A DNA stretch of 62,662 nt, filler included. It is 10 parts of 10 records of this genome, joined end to end, with 100 filler letters (N's around TTAATTAATTAA, not from the genome) between each part and the next. Parts side by side here need not be neighbours in the genome. Positions count along the whole stretch, not along the records: positions 31,323 to 42,189 come from SRR15195285_5416; positions 42,290 to 46,523 come from SRR15195285_5426; 8 more parts are not named here. One strand, 5' to 3'. The notes under the pieces are model-generated. The model saw only the letters and a list, made by a program, of their open reading frames with translations, had not been told where the DNA came from and searched no databases. The stretch's first letter is position 1. The number at the start of each line of letters is the position of its first letter. Shown piece by piece: positions 31,323-43,896 of the stretch. A program made the position numbers and the translations under genes.

Positions 31323-34300
31323 TCGCATACCGGGAGAGGCACTGGGGTGCCCGTGCAGACAGCGGGCTGGCTTGGGACGCGCGTAGCTGTGCCTGTGCAG
31401 CTGTTGCAAGCAGGTGCTGGCGTTGCCATTCCGGTGCACGTGGCCAGCTTAGCTGGAATTGTATCTGCAGTGCCTGTGCACGTATCGCATGGCTCGCCTG
31501 CTTCATCTACAGGCAAAGGGGTTGAGGTGCCTCCGCACATCGCCGGAGTCTCGCTGAATCGAGTTGCTCTGCCCGTGCAATGGTCTTCTCGGGAGCAGTC
31601 GTGCCATGTGCCAGGAGGGTCGGAGCGCTGGCCCGTGGCACCATGTGCCTCGACACTTGGCGCTGCTTCCGGATAATTCGCAGCCCATGACTTGTAATCC
31701 ACGCTCTCTCCTGTAACCCAGGTCCAACTGTGCTTGCACACAGAATTTGCAGACGGTACACAATCATCGCCACAGCCTTCAACCCATCCGTAACCCAACG
31801 CTTCGCACCTCCCTCCGCTCGGCGGTGGGCAACATGGATGCGAATAGTTCAACCCAATCCACGCTGAATCTGCGATTCCCAATCCAACCACACAATCAGT
31901 TTCTTCGTCGTTCGTAATGCTCGCCAAATGCCCCCCCATCGAGATGGCAAGCTCTACAGCTTCGTCCCAGGTGAGTGGAGTACCGGTCGAGACCAGCTCG
32001 TATCTGTTGCCCGTGGCTAAGCACTCCGTACCCGGTGGTGGTGGGGGATTGCAAGTCGGGATTTCGCATCGTTCCCATTCGGTGATTCCATCTCCGTAGT
32101 AACACCAAGTCGATGTGTCGCCGTATGGATTTCCCTCTGGTACCCTGCAGTAGTTCCTGGCAGTGCTATCGAACCCCTCGCGCCCATCCCAGTCAACACA
32201 GGATCGACCAGATCTCGTCTTGTTCAGGGTGCCTTCATAGCTCCAGAACGGACCATCGTAACAAACCAGGTCGTGTTCGACAGCATTCGGCCATGACGAA
32301 TCGTCAAATTCGGGGCTGTACCACTCTACGTCAACATTATCGCGACTGTCAACGCTCACACACTTCCAGTCTTCCAAGTTGCTGGAGTACTGCTCCTCGC
32401 ACATTTGAAAAGACGCAGAGAATCCACCAACGCCGTAATTGTTGTCAGGAGGGTAAATGTCTGTATCAGCCGCGTACACACTGAAAACCGTTGGCTCATC
32501 GCATGCAGCCGTGACATCGTGGTAGTTCGACTCTGGCCAAGGATATTGCCCCCCGTTCAGCGCCCCGGTGTAGGAAGCTTCCTTGGCAATCCAACCGTCG
32601 AGGCGGAGCTCGTAGTAATCGTTTGCGATGATCTCGGCCCGATGAGACCGGTCCATGGCAGTCAGATTCTTTCTAATTGCCACAGCGGGGGAGTCATTGT
32701 CAGCAATATCGACGCTGACAACCCACTCAAGCGGCATGCTGCTGTAAACAAAATCGTCCCCAACAATTGTGTGTCTGATGAACCCGTGGTGTGGCCCCCT
32801 ACCTACAGTTGCGTCAGGCTCAGCCACGCCGACAGGAACGCAATCGTCCGCGCAATTCAGCATTCCCACAGCCCCGCAGGCACCATCGTACGCATCACAA
32901 ACAGGCAGGGCGACCTCGCCGAGCTCTGCCACATGGTCATCATTTGCAATTATGGTGAAGATCATCGGCTCACTCCAGTTCGAGGGAGTGAACACGCCGA
33001 AGGCTGGTTCCACAGAGACTTGCGTGCCATCTGGTACTACTACGATATCGCCTTGCGGTGGGGAGTTCAACTCGATCACATATGTGTCAAATCTAGCGCC
33101 TCCTTCCGTGGCAGACTGTCTCGCATCAGTATTATCCCACATGTCACACCGAGCGCAGGCGTTGTTGCATTCAACCCACCCCTCACCAAGGAACGAGCAG
33201 TACCCTCCGGTTGCCGTTGCACAACAAGGATAGCCACACTTGAAGGAGGCCGAAATCCGCGCAGACTCTGGATCGTATCCGTCCGATCTGAACGTCATGT
33301 CAATGGACTCGCCAGACGAAATGAAGTTCCTGGCCGCCGGTAAAATATTACCATGAAGGTCAGACAGAAGCTGATCCATGCGCACGTCACCGTCCCAGAT
33401 TTTAAAGATATCTTGCTGAATCTCTGTATCCAGACCAGTCATCAACAGGTTGACTTGCTTTCCAGCGGGGCACACAATGCGCCATGAGCAGTCGTATGGG
33501 GATTCTGATCCGTCGCTTTCGAATTCAATGAAGCCTGTTGGCATCCTGATGGTTTGTCCACCTTGACACGGCTGGCCGACAGGGCCGCCATACATACGGA
33601 CTGAGGCCACGTCGTTGTCGGTCAGAACCACCCCAAGCGATGTTTCCACGCCTTGTGTAAAGTCACACGCTGCTGCTGATTTGCACGCATTTCGTGCCCC
33701 AGAATCTGCTGCGGCAGAGACAACGTCCACAGACGCGCACGCCGCCAAATCCGTAGCGGCGCATGCTTCCGCAATCGGCAACACCTTGGGGTAGTGGGCG
33801 CAGTCTCCGAGCGACGTGCAGCGAGTGGCTGTACCGTTCAGTTCAGCTGCCTCACATGCCATCAAATCAGTCGCCTCGCACATCTCCACTACTTCCTCCA
33901 CAGGTGGCGCAAAAGAGCAGTTCCCTGCACCCATGCACGCTTCTTCGAGAAATGCAAGCGTCAAGTTTGTCTGGTTCACAATAGACGAGACACAGTTGGC
34001 GGCATCAGCCGCCACGCAAGTCGCCGCCAATCCAGCCGCAGCATCCGCTGCTGTGTACACACAGTCTCCGGCGCCGGCGCACGCCTCTTCCCCCTGCTCG
34101 GTCGCATTGACCGCTGAACAGTGTGCAGCGGCCACTGCAACGCAAGACATGTTGGCCGGCTCCACACCTGGCGTGTACGAGCAGCTGGCTAGCGGATGCT
34201 CGGTGCAAACAGAGGCCGTGCCGTTCAGTTCAATCGACCAACACAGCACTTTATCGATCGCCGTGCAACTCTCTTCTCGCGCCAAGACTTGCGCCGTGTG

Positions 34301-34999
34301 AGTGCACTTGCCCGCCGCTCGGCAGGCAGTCCCGTTCCCATCCAGGAACGCCGATGCGCAGTCGTCTGCATCGCTCGCAGCGCAGGATGCTTGGTACGCA
34401 CCGCGTGGACTCGAGCTCGAGACCCTGTGGTGGACTGCCGTCCGAGGCCGTTCGCCCCAATCGACGGCGTCTTCCACAGCCGAGACAGTCACCTGCTGCG
34501 GCCGGTCCCAATCTGTCGCGTCGAAGCACAACTCGGGCACAGACACCACCAGCGCGGCCGAGAAGGCAGGCTCCGGGCTGATGCAGATCGGCGCAGCGGG
34601 AGCCTCTGACAAGACCACGCTGTAGGTCGCAGATGACTCGGTCTGCTCGACAACCGCCACATTCGCCGGCTCAATCAGGATCACCAGCGGGCAGTCCTCC
34701 CAGAACGGGATGCACTCGCCGCTCACGCAGCCGTAAAAGGATCCAGCCGGCGCCAGCTGCCCGCAGCCGACCTCCTCCCCGCAGCTCCGCCGCGGGACGC
34801 AACCCCCTCCCCCGCAGCTGCTGAACTCACCGAGCGCAGCGCACCCCAGCTCGACCTCCAGCAAGCGCCGATGCCATAATCCTCCCGTAGCCGCTCCAAC
34901 CTTCGCGCTTCCGCCCGCAACCGCCGCAGTCACTCCGATGCCGATCAGCAGCGCCAGCCCCGCCCAGAGCAGCAGCAGCCAGCCCCGCACCCTCCGCAT
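31323..34999 (-). CDS. Large mosaic cell-surface protein: Calx-beta/cadherin-like repeats, Cys-rich repeats, CUB, kringle, C-type lectin; 3'-partial
   Basis: Signal peptide from ATG 34999. 'TYSVVLSEAP..LCFDATDWDRPQQVTVSAVED' module twice, CUB 'CSWRI..VNL..LDTE..D..KIWDG', kringle 'YEGT..KTRSGRSCVDW..RNYCR..WCY..WERCEIPTC', CTLD 'LTWDEA..GGHLASI..AWIGL..WTWVTGE', terminal CTGTA repeats. Confidence 0.8.
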
Positions 35000-35289
35000 C
35001 TCCCTCCGCCCCCAGCCCCGCACCCAGTCCGTTCCTTAGGTGGTGGGGGGGCAGCAAGGTCAGCCAAGGCAAGCCAAAGGAAGGGGGGCGTTCAGCTCTT
35101 CATCTCAGGCGCCATCGCTGCCATCCCCTGCTGAGCGATTGGACTCTCTGACTCTGTTGCCGAAATCATTCCGATTCCAAGGACACCGGGCAGGCAGAGT
35201 CGATTCCATGAATTGCTGCTATTCATAGCACTATTTTCAGAATTCACAATACTGTGTACACAATAAAGCGCCGGAATGCATTAAAAGTC

Positions 35290-35545
35290 AAGTAGTGTAC
35301 AGCGGTACAGTACCCGGAGCATGTTTCAATTTGTGTTACACTTGATTCAAATCGATCAAAACATGTACAGCTGTAGATGTACGTATCTCTAATCTCAGTC
35401 ACTACTACTAGATCTAGTACGGTACCAGAATGGTACTATTTTCCAGTTCAGCCTGCATCAAAATTCAAAAGAAAATTACCCCGGCGCTTGATCTTGAATG
35501 AGAACTATTATACCGAGTACTATGAATAGTAGTACTGACCTGGAG
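35290..35545. promoter_or_regulatory. AT-rich palindrome-rich island upstream of the mosaic surface-protein gene
   Basis: Perfect 14-bp palindrome TACTAGATCTAGTA (35406-35419), GGTACC, AGTACT, TGTACA clusters. Confidence 0.4.
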
Positions 35546-35868
35546 TTCTAAATTCGGACACGGATGAGCTCCACTGGACATTTTCTACATGTAATTTTCC
35601 TCACTGCAACCAGCGAAATTGAATATCATTCAATATCGAATATATCACGCGTGTTCGTCAACGCTACTATGAGAGATTCTCAGGCTTCGCGCCCGCCGTG
35701 AGCAGCCGGGCAACGCGGTGACTGGGCGATCTACAGCCAAACACAAGAGAGGGCTATGAGCGGCGAGCTAGCAATAAGGTCGAAAGAGATATGATTGTAG
35801 GAACCATCCTAATGTGCGAGTGGAAAGAAGTTTCGACAGGCCTCACATTCAGTAGGTGCCATCCGCGG

Positions 35869-37611
35869 CTACGTGCCGGGGTCCCGTGGCGACTTCTCTG
35901 AGGCAGATGGCAGAGTTCGCCTCGACATGCGCAACTCGGACCGACTCTCCCCCTGATCACTGATGTCATCCTCCTCCTCATCATCATCGCCCGTCATGGG
36001 ATTGTCGTACTTTCTGGTCGCATCATCGCCAGCAGGCTTCAAGCAACAGCACAAGCCGGCGAGCGAGGAACCGGCCCTCCGGGACTTTACCGCATCTTTT
36101 TTTGTGTGAAACTTCAGTCCAAACATGGGCGTCACGCCCACGATTCTGACAATCTCATCCATAGCCGCATCATCAAATTCCAGGTCGAGCTTTACCATAC
36201 ATGCGTTGGCCAGCTTAGACTGCGTCAGCTGCATTGCGATCGGGTCTTGTTCGGCGACGTCCGGGTCCATGAAGTATCTGCAAAACTCGCGCATGAACAG
36301 CGAGTGGCCAACTACGATGGTCGGCTTATTGGATAACCCTGAGCGGTGGGAATAACGCAGGCTCGAAACGAAGCTGTAGAACCTGGCCTGCATATCCTGA
36401 TCGGTGTCTCTGTCGTCACCTCCGGTCCACCAAGTATCCATCGCATCGTACGGGTCGGCCACAACGTGGCCCATGATCTTATCTACCTCGTCTTGCCCAA
36501 GAACCCTGGAAGTTTGGGCCTTGACGTTGTCTAGGATACCGTCTCCGACGTGGCCACCCACTGTGTCCATGCCGCCCACTTTCTTGAGCTCGCGAGCCGA
36601 TGACAGCATCGTCACTTGCGGCTTCGCTGCATCTGCTCTCAGTGCCGGGTGCCCGTCCAGCCCAATCAAGCACGTCTGCGTGGCTCGACACAGCGGTGAT
36701 GCGTAGATCGCGTCGGCGGACAGAAAATCGTCTAGGTCAGCTGCTTGTACACCCGCTTCGTCATCTGCGGGGGCGCCATCGTCACGGCGCTTTACTTCAT
36801 CTCGCCACTTTTGGTTAAACTCCTTGCACTGTGTGATCCCTGTCTCGTCCAGTGGATGGTCGACATCGCTCAACATTCCTATCGCGTCCATGTTCGCCTG
36901 GGCTTTATTCCACTCGCTCTCGCCATGGCGCAGAAAATACATCGAAGTTCTGGATACGAACGGATTTTCTGTGCCCGGTGTCTCCACCGAACCGCTCCCC
37001 CGTCTACTGCACCGACGTAATTCCACCCACGCGGTGGTACTACCGTCCTTTATCGATCTACCGCTGCGGGTTTCCTCTAGGGTTTGGCGTGTACTGCCCA
37101 TGTCGACAGAAAGTTCGGCCTCCTTGCTCAGCCAGTCCGGCTTGAAGGCCTTCGGGGGTGAGCCTCCACCGTTCTCCACCTTGCCGCCAAACAGCTGAAA
37201 GAGCTTCGGCGACTCCAGGAGATCGCCGATACGCACGATTGCGACGCCCAGAAAATCGTCTGCGGAAAAGGTGTCGTAGTCCCACACCTCCACAACCAGG
37301 ACCTGGTCGTCACTTGCCTCCACCCCCAAATCAGCATGGAACCGGAAGGCTGGCGCAACCGTATCGGTCTTGCTCTCGCAGCGACGAGTCACCCCAATCT
37401 GATCCATCACTAGGTCGCCCGCTCCGTTCCGCTTGTCTCTCGTCAGCTTCACAACGGTATAGGGATCCGGTTTTCCGTCGGCGAACACCGATGTTTTACC
37501 TCGTAGATCTGCGCTGCTACTCAAAAATGTCGAGTCGACTCCGGTAAGATTGGGCATGCACGCACTGCATATTTCTACGACGGTGAGGTTCCGCTCCGCT
37601 TCCGACTCCAT
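35869..37611 (-). CDS. C2-domain + histidine phosphatase (phosphoglycerate mutase family) protein
   Basis: C2 'DPYTVV...LVVEVWDYDTFSADDFLG'. His-phosphatase 'FLRHGESEWN', 'ASPLCRATQT', 'VVGHSLF'. C-terminal LCCCL. Intronless. Confidence 0.85.
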   Translation of the reverse strand: MESEAERNLTVVEICSACMPNLTGVDSTFLSSSADLRGKTSVFADGKPDPYTVVKLTRDKRNGAGDLVMDQIGVTRRCESKTDTVAPAFRFHADLGVEASDDQVLVVEVWDYDTFSADDFLGVAIVRIGDLLESPKLFQLFGGKVENGGGSPPKAFKPDWLSKEAELSVDMGSTRQTLEETRSGRSIKDGSTTAWVELRRCSRRGSGSVETPGTENPFVSRTSMYFLRHGESEWNKAQANMDAIGMLSDVDHPLDETGITQCKEFNQKWRDEVKRRDDGAPADDEAGVQAADLDDFLSADAIYASPLCRATQTCLIGLDGHPALRADAAKPQVTMLSSARELKKVGGMDTVGGHVGDGILDNVKAQTSRVLGQDEVDKIMGHVVADPYDAMDTWWTGGDDRDTDQDMQARFYSFVSSLRYSHRSGLSNKPTIVVGHSLFMREFCRYFMDPDVAEQDPIAMQLTQSKLANACMVKLDLEFDDAAMDEIVRIVGVTPMFGLKFHTKKDAVKSRRAGSSLAGLCCCLKPAGDDATRKYDNPMTGDDDEEEDDISDQGESRSELRMSRRTLPSASEKSPRDPGT

Positions 37612-38744
37612 GGCCACTGCTGCTGGGGTCCTGACAGCGCCAGCGGCTCCTGCAGCGACCCTTGGCGTGCAGTTTTATCCCTGCGACGCAGCCGCTGGCG
37701 AACGCCACCGCAGGCTCGTGTGCGGCACCAGCTCAGCACGGCCTGCAGCTCGCCCTGCAGCACCACTCTCGCGCTCGCCGCCCGCAAGCCCTGCGCCTCG
37801 CGCTGCGCACACCTCCGCGCGCAAGCCGCCCCGAGCCGCCACCTTCAATCCCGTGCCATCTCCGCCTCTCTCGGCATCTGGCGGCACACCACACCAATCC
37901 CTCTCTCCCCCCAGAGTCACACTCCACAGCCAAACTCCCCTCCGCCTCGATCTCTCCCTTCCCTCCCGCACTCCTAACGCCTGCTGCCGTACCAGCGCTG
38001 CCCCCGCTGCAGCAACAGGGACAGATAGATATGGCGCCACCGCGCCCTTGCCTTGTCACGCGTACTCACGAACACTCTGAGTACTAGTACGCGTGAGCGG
38101 CCGTGTAAACCGATATCTAGGATAGGCACGGCTACTTCCTCGACGAGTTCCCTGTGCACACTCCTACCGGTACTGGGGACGCATGCTGACGATTGAAGCG
38201 GAGTCAGAACCCGATGCAACAAAATATAGTAGGAATTCCTAGTGCTGGGCGATGATCTTTGTAGTTTGTGGTCTCACAATCCTTGCGTTTGAGTTGATTA
38301 GAAAGTGCTTGGAGAGGATGCGAGTCAGGTATCAACGTGTCACTTGCATTTCCATTTGCTGAACCGGGCACTCCTCAACCGGGTTGGCCAGTAAATTGTT
38401 GGTGGCCACTTTCATTCGATTCATTGACGGGAATCATTGAGAACTCGAATCAATTCACTCCGGCGCGAGGGCGCGTTGAAGGAACTCGAACCGGAGGAAG
38501 CGCTTGCCGGAACGCACGCGCTGACGCGCACGCACCGCGTCGCACCCGCGGCGGGGCGCCGCGGCCGCTGCACCGGTGGCATGCCATTTTGCCATGGCTG
38601 CTGCATGCGTCCGTGGTGCTGCTGGTCCCGTGAGCCGACAGTCGGAGCGAGAAGTAAACTCTGAACTGTGTACACACAGACGGCGGAGCGCAGGCAGCCC
38701 ATGCCGCAGTACTGATCGATGGGCAGGCGGCTACAATAGTGCAC

Positions 38745-39981
38745 ATGCTCGCCAGCCGCTTGGTAGCGCCGGCCACTGGAAGCTGCGGCATGCATCAGGT
38801 GTTGCGCCGCCCCGCCGCGACAGCCATCAGCCGCCGCCGCGTGTGCTCAGGCCGTTCGATTCGTCTAGATCTAGTTCGTGGCGACGGAGCAGTCAGTCTT
38901 GCAGGGTCACGCGGCCATGGCGCAGTGTTCGCGAGCCGTGCAACCCGTACGGTGCATTGCGACGCAGCCCGCCCTGCGGCCGGCGCGATTGGTGGCGGCG
39001 GCGGCGGCGGCTGCTGCGGCGACGACGACGACGACACGTCGCCGCCGCCGTCGGAAGGCGAAAGCGGGCTGGTGTCCGGCATCAACAAAGCCATGCGCGA
39101 GCAGCCCTTGAGTTGCATCGGCTACGTCATGGCCTGCCGCTACGCGGTGTTCTTTCCGGTGGTTTACTGCGTGCGTCACTTCGAGCTCGTGGTGCCGACG
39201 GAGCTGGCGCTGGCCTACGTGCTGACCCGGCCGCTGGTGAAGCTTCGGTTCCCCGTCGAGCTCGGTTTTGCAGCGCTGCTCGCTTGGGCATTCCCGGCTC
39301 TGACCAAGGTCAAGGTGTCGGCCCTGCTGGGGCTCTTGCCGTCCGCAAGCGAGTCAGCGGCTGCTCGTCGGAAGCTGCCATTCCACAGCGTTGCCGACTA
39401 CGTACAGGCTTCTTATCCCAGTCGCGCTGAGGTAGATCCAGTCTCTTCAGCAATGGCTAGGCTAGCTGGACCTGCTGACCGCTACGGGGCTGCATATTAC
39501 GTACGTGTTGCCGCCTACAGTTTCTGGCTAGCCACGCGCTGGTGTGGGTCGTACGCCAACTGAACACCGGTCGCTTTTGTTGTGCTAGTGCTCACGAGAC
39601 TTGGTGGGCGTCACGACAATGCTCGGGCTGACTGCGGGGCTGCGCTGCGGCCTCGATGTGCAAGGCATGCTCGAAGGGTGGGGTTTTGGCGCTGCGCTGG
39701 CAGGCGAGACCGCGGCATCTCTTGCTGCTGGGTGCGTTCAGCTGTCGGACTACCGGCGTGGGTTGACCTCCTGGCCGTTTACGTTTGCTGTGTTGTGTAA
39801 TTATCGCAGGGCGCTGGTAGCCTCGGCATCGTCACCACTGTACTTACTTTCGTGTGGTTACGCCGTGCCGATCTTCGCGAGTAGTGCGCAAGCGATAAAG
39901 GACGAGGTGATCCCAAAGCATGTAGTGCCTAGCAGACCTAGAACTAAGAAGAATGCAAGTTCTAGCAATGCAATACGATAA
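38745..39981 (+). CDS. Probable mitochondrial membrane protein, DUF1279/FAM210-like
   Basis: Arg-rich presequence-like N-terminus, 'ELALAYVLTRPLVKLRFPVEL'. Introns 39501-39588 and 39732-39809 splice in frame. Confidence 0.5.
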
Positions 39982-40078
39982 CATAGAATTTTCAAAAATG
40001 AAGCATTAATGTGGCATTCAGTTGATCACGGAAGGCCTGGACTGGAAGCAAACAGCTCAGAGCCGTGCCAGCTGTGGG

Positions 40079-42023
40079 TCAGGGAAGGCCCTTTTGAACC
40101 CTTCCTCGGTGTGCATCCAACCTACCCCGACGCCTGCCGTACCAGCACGGATAAACTCTCAGAATTGCAGCGTGCAGCGGAATACGAAGTGTTGTTGCTG
40201 GCGTACTGAAAGATGGCCTGATCGTTTCCTCCGCCTCCGGCGTATTAAGCCCTTCACAGATGCGTTGCCCGACGTTGGATAGGGATCTATACACCTCGTG
40301 CGGTATAGCCGCAGATTGTCTCGGCTTGATGGCGTTCCGATCAGCGACCCCCCGGGATGGGCATGAGTATGACGAACTGGGGATCGCTCGAATATAGGTT
40401 GAGAGATTCGGACAGCCTCCTGCGTGACATCAATGTGAGCAATATCGCAGCTCAACAAGAGATGGACTGTCTGATGTCATATATGTTAGTCTCGGAGGTG
40501 CACGTCTTACCGTGCCAAGCACGATTGTCACGAATGAGGGCCGCGCCTAAGGGATTCGCAAACACGCACACCACCAGAACGACGGTACGCATAAGAGTCC
40601 ACAAAAAAAGAAGCTTACTCCCCGCAACCCCCAAAAGAAAGATGCAATCGTTGCACACCAGCGGGACATGGTGCTACCGCAGAAAGCTTCATCGCAAGCG
40701 GTTCCTCCGAATATCTGACTATCGGCTCGTGCGTGGAATGTGTCCCCCTAATCTGCCGTGTTGCCCCGTTGTCAGCAGCCTGCCCTCCTGGATCAGGCCC
40801 GCCGATTTCCATGGGGAAGTTTACTGTGATGCCGGTGTGTGACACATCCAAGTCACGGTAGTTCACCACTTCTACAGCAGCAAACACTGTTAAGAATGGC
40901 ACAGACGTCTGAATCCAGGTCACTGAACGCACGATGGGTCGGGTAGATTCGGGCTCCCACACGCACCGTACGTACAGCCGTCGACTTCGGGCGCATCGAG
41001 GTTGTGGTGATGAAACATCGAGCCATCCGCTCGCACACCGAGCTTGACGTCACCATAGCGCCCATCCTGCTGCGCCGCTCCGTCCGAGTGCAGGTGCTGA
41101 AAATCTAATGCGCCAGGGAGGCAGAAGTCGCCGCCGCCGCACCCGCCGCACACGAAATCCTCTCCGCCGAAAATATGCGCCAGGACCTCCATCAGTGCTG
41201 GCGGATCTACAAGTGGAGCCCACGCTGCCTCCTCGCCAAACGCAGCGACGGCGTTGGCGAAGGTGTACCGGTGTGAGCCTCGATTGCCGAGGCGATCTGG
41301 GTCGCGCGCAACGATCTGGCGGACGACGCGCTCAACGCCTTCTCTCACAGTTCGGAGTCTAACCTCGTCTAGTACGTCTTTGATGACAACAAAGCCGTCT
41401 CGCCGAAGCAACTGCGCCGCCCGTGCCCCAAAGCCAGGCACCGCGGGGTCTACGATCTCGAGCGGCGCAACGGCCCCGCACTGGTCGGCAATCATCCCAC
41501 AATCACCATGTGTCCGCAGTTGGTCGCGCAAAACCACAACGTCAGGGTCATCGTAGCGATACGGTAAGCGCGGGTGCCAACCAAGTGCGTCGTACTCGAT
41601 AGACCACGGGTCCTCGACGGGCTCCTCCGTGTCTTTATCGGCCAACTCGGATGCGTCGGTGCCCATGTAGCTCGCGAAGTCGTCGCGCAGGTCGCTGAGC
41701 TCAAGGTCAAGGTAAATGGTCTTGACGGCGTCGAAGCTGATACCGAGCTCCGGGTCGCTGTCGGTCAGACGCAGCACCGCATCGAACGAAGCTTTGTCAA
41801 AACCTGGCAGCACCCGTCGAAAGTGGCGCAGCTGCAGGTGCTCAGTCGGCTGAGGGTCCGCCTCAAGCAGTGATGCAAACATCTGCTGCACCATCTCCTC
41901 CCGCGTCAGCTTCGCGCCGACCTCAGCCCGCGGGTTTGCGAACAGACGCTTGGCCCGCGCCCACCCTCGCAGCAGTTGTGCCATCAAGCGCACCAGCCAG
42001 CGCTGGCTCATCACCGCCTCCAT
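40079..42023 (-). CDS. Phytanoyl-CoA dioxygenase (PhyH) family Fe(II)/2OG oxygenase with N-terminal EF-hand-like extension
   Basis: 'RDGFVVIKDVL', HxD motif 'QHLHSD', 'NGATRQIRGTH', spliced 'AGAALIRDNRAWHGGCPN..R'. Four exons, first intron 40872-40966. Confidence 0.85.
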
Positions 42024-42133
42024 CGCAGCGCACGGCACCGGCACGCGCACGCACCGCGGCGCGCGTGTGACGGCGACGACGCGCGCGCAACACACACGAA
42101 CACACGTGCCAGGCGCGCAGGCGGCGGTATTGA

Positions 42134-42162
42134 GATACTAGATCTACTAGTACCTGGTAGTG
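42134..42162. promoter_or_regulatory. Palindrome-rich island upstream of PhyH gene
   Basis: tactagatctactagtacctggtag next to GCGC-rich tract. Confidence 0.35.
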
Positions 42163-42189
42163 TCGATGAGACTGCAGCAGTGCCCAGGT

Positions 42190-42289
42190 NNNNNNNNNNN
42201 NNNNNNNNNNNNNNNNNNNNNNNNNNNNNNNNNTTAATTAATTAANNNNNNNNNNNNNNNNNNNNNNNNNNNNNNNNNNNNNNNNNNNN
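42190..42289. other. Artificial contig spacer
   Basis: N44-TTAATTAATTAA-N44. Confidence 0.99.
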
Positions 42290-42343
42290 AATGGAGAGGA
42301 GGGCGCGGTGCCCGCGCGCGTGCGGTATCACGGTGGGTGGGCG

Positions 42344-42929
42344 ATGGCTCTGCTCGCGCTGCTGCTGCTGCCGCTGCTGCTGCTGGGCTTGCTGGGTCTG
42401 GCAGCTGCAGGCAGTACTGTCAAGCTCTGCGGCGGCCGTTCCGTCAGCGTCCCCGTGCTCGGCACGTACTCGTTTCAAGTAACAGCTGTCTACCAGGATG
42501 AGAAGTTCGGCTTCCGCTGCGTACGTCTGACTGTAGACAGCGAGGGCGCTAGTCGAGTTCTTGAACAGAGTGGCAAGATTCATGCTCCGTCAGCCATCCG
42601 CTCGTTTGCCTGCCAGTTGTTCCACGCTCGGTCCGGTTCTCGCGAAATAGCTAAGCGAGTCACTGCGGGGATGGACTGCGCAGGATGGAGACCTGCACGT
42701 GGCGAATTGTTTCGGCAACCGCGTCGCGCCAGCAACAGGGGAAATTTTACAGGCGGCGCCATGCCTTACTGAGCTGCTGGAGAAGTACAGCCTGACCGAC
42801 TTTTCGATGGACGTCTCGAACATGCCGGAAAGGGTGGGACTGAGCGCGACAGCCTCACCAATGGGCTATGCCTTTGGTACCATGGGGCTCGAGCTGTCAC
42901 AAGCAGCATGCCAGAAGGACGAGTTATGA
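42344..42929 (+). CDS. Small ER-lumenal protein with signal peptide and C-terminal KDEL, unknown function
   Basis: Exons 42344-42520 and 42684-42929 (phase-0 intron GTACGT..GCAG) give ~140 aa from a Leu-rich signal peptide to QKDEL-stop. Confidence 0.75.
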
Positions 42930-43896
42930 TGCGAACGAATGCAGGCGAAACGTCAACCAACTCAACCAACTCAACGAAAACAGAGGAAGAGATCACTATG
43001 CGCACAACACGATAACCGTCGCAGTCGCTCGGCTTGCTTGGTGGCGCTGGCCTGCGTGCTGGCTGAGCTCCACCGCATTGCTGCATCGCGCAATGCATGG
43101 GGTACGATCGTGCGTACGAACGAAGACTCCCACAAGTAGACCTGTCGCTTGGTTCTAGCGGTAGGTGTGGACTATCGAATGTAATGCTGATTTTGGTTTC
43201 TGCTCCGGAAAATGTCGGTGCATCCCTTGAGCTTCTGCTGCTTTCCGCGGGCGCTGTACGCATCCCGACTGGACACACAGCTACGAATGCTGGCTCGTCC
43301 AACAGCAAGCCCTTGTTGTCGAAACAAAATTAATGCTCGTGCGTAGAACGTTGCAACTGAATGTGGGAATGAACATGCTTGTCTACTGTGCTCCAACCTA
43401 AGATGTCTAGTAGTGCCCCATGAAGGAACGAGAGGGCTGAGCCCTTTCGGTCACTGCTAATGTATGGCTCTCACATGCGTAAACTGTACTATACGCCGCT
43501 GGATCTGGAAGCTTACAGGAAAGCGTGCATATGTACGTAGATCGGAGAAGCCCGAGCACAACGGAAAGTTTTCTGGTGAACGCTGGTGCAACAACAAGAA
43601 CGACTCCCGCTTAGCAAAGGACAAAGATGGAGTGTACATCACAAAAGTAACTCAGAACACGAGTAAGGGCCTCTACCTATGGTGTGGAAAGAAATGGCAC
43701 GCCGCACACAATACTTCGAAAGTGGCTAGGTCGAATGTCGGAAACTTTGGTGAATGCAAGAGTTGCAAGGCTGAGCAGAGCTGAGTGGTAAGGTCTAAAG
43801 TTAAACTTGCAATCATTTTTGGACATTGCCCAGCCAGAATGTGAATGAAATCGCAATCACCAAGATCCAGTGCGCATTCGACCCAATGGCACCTGA

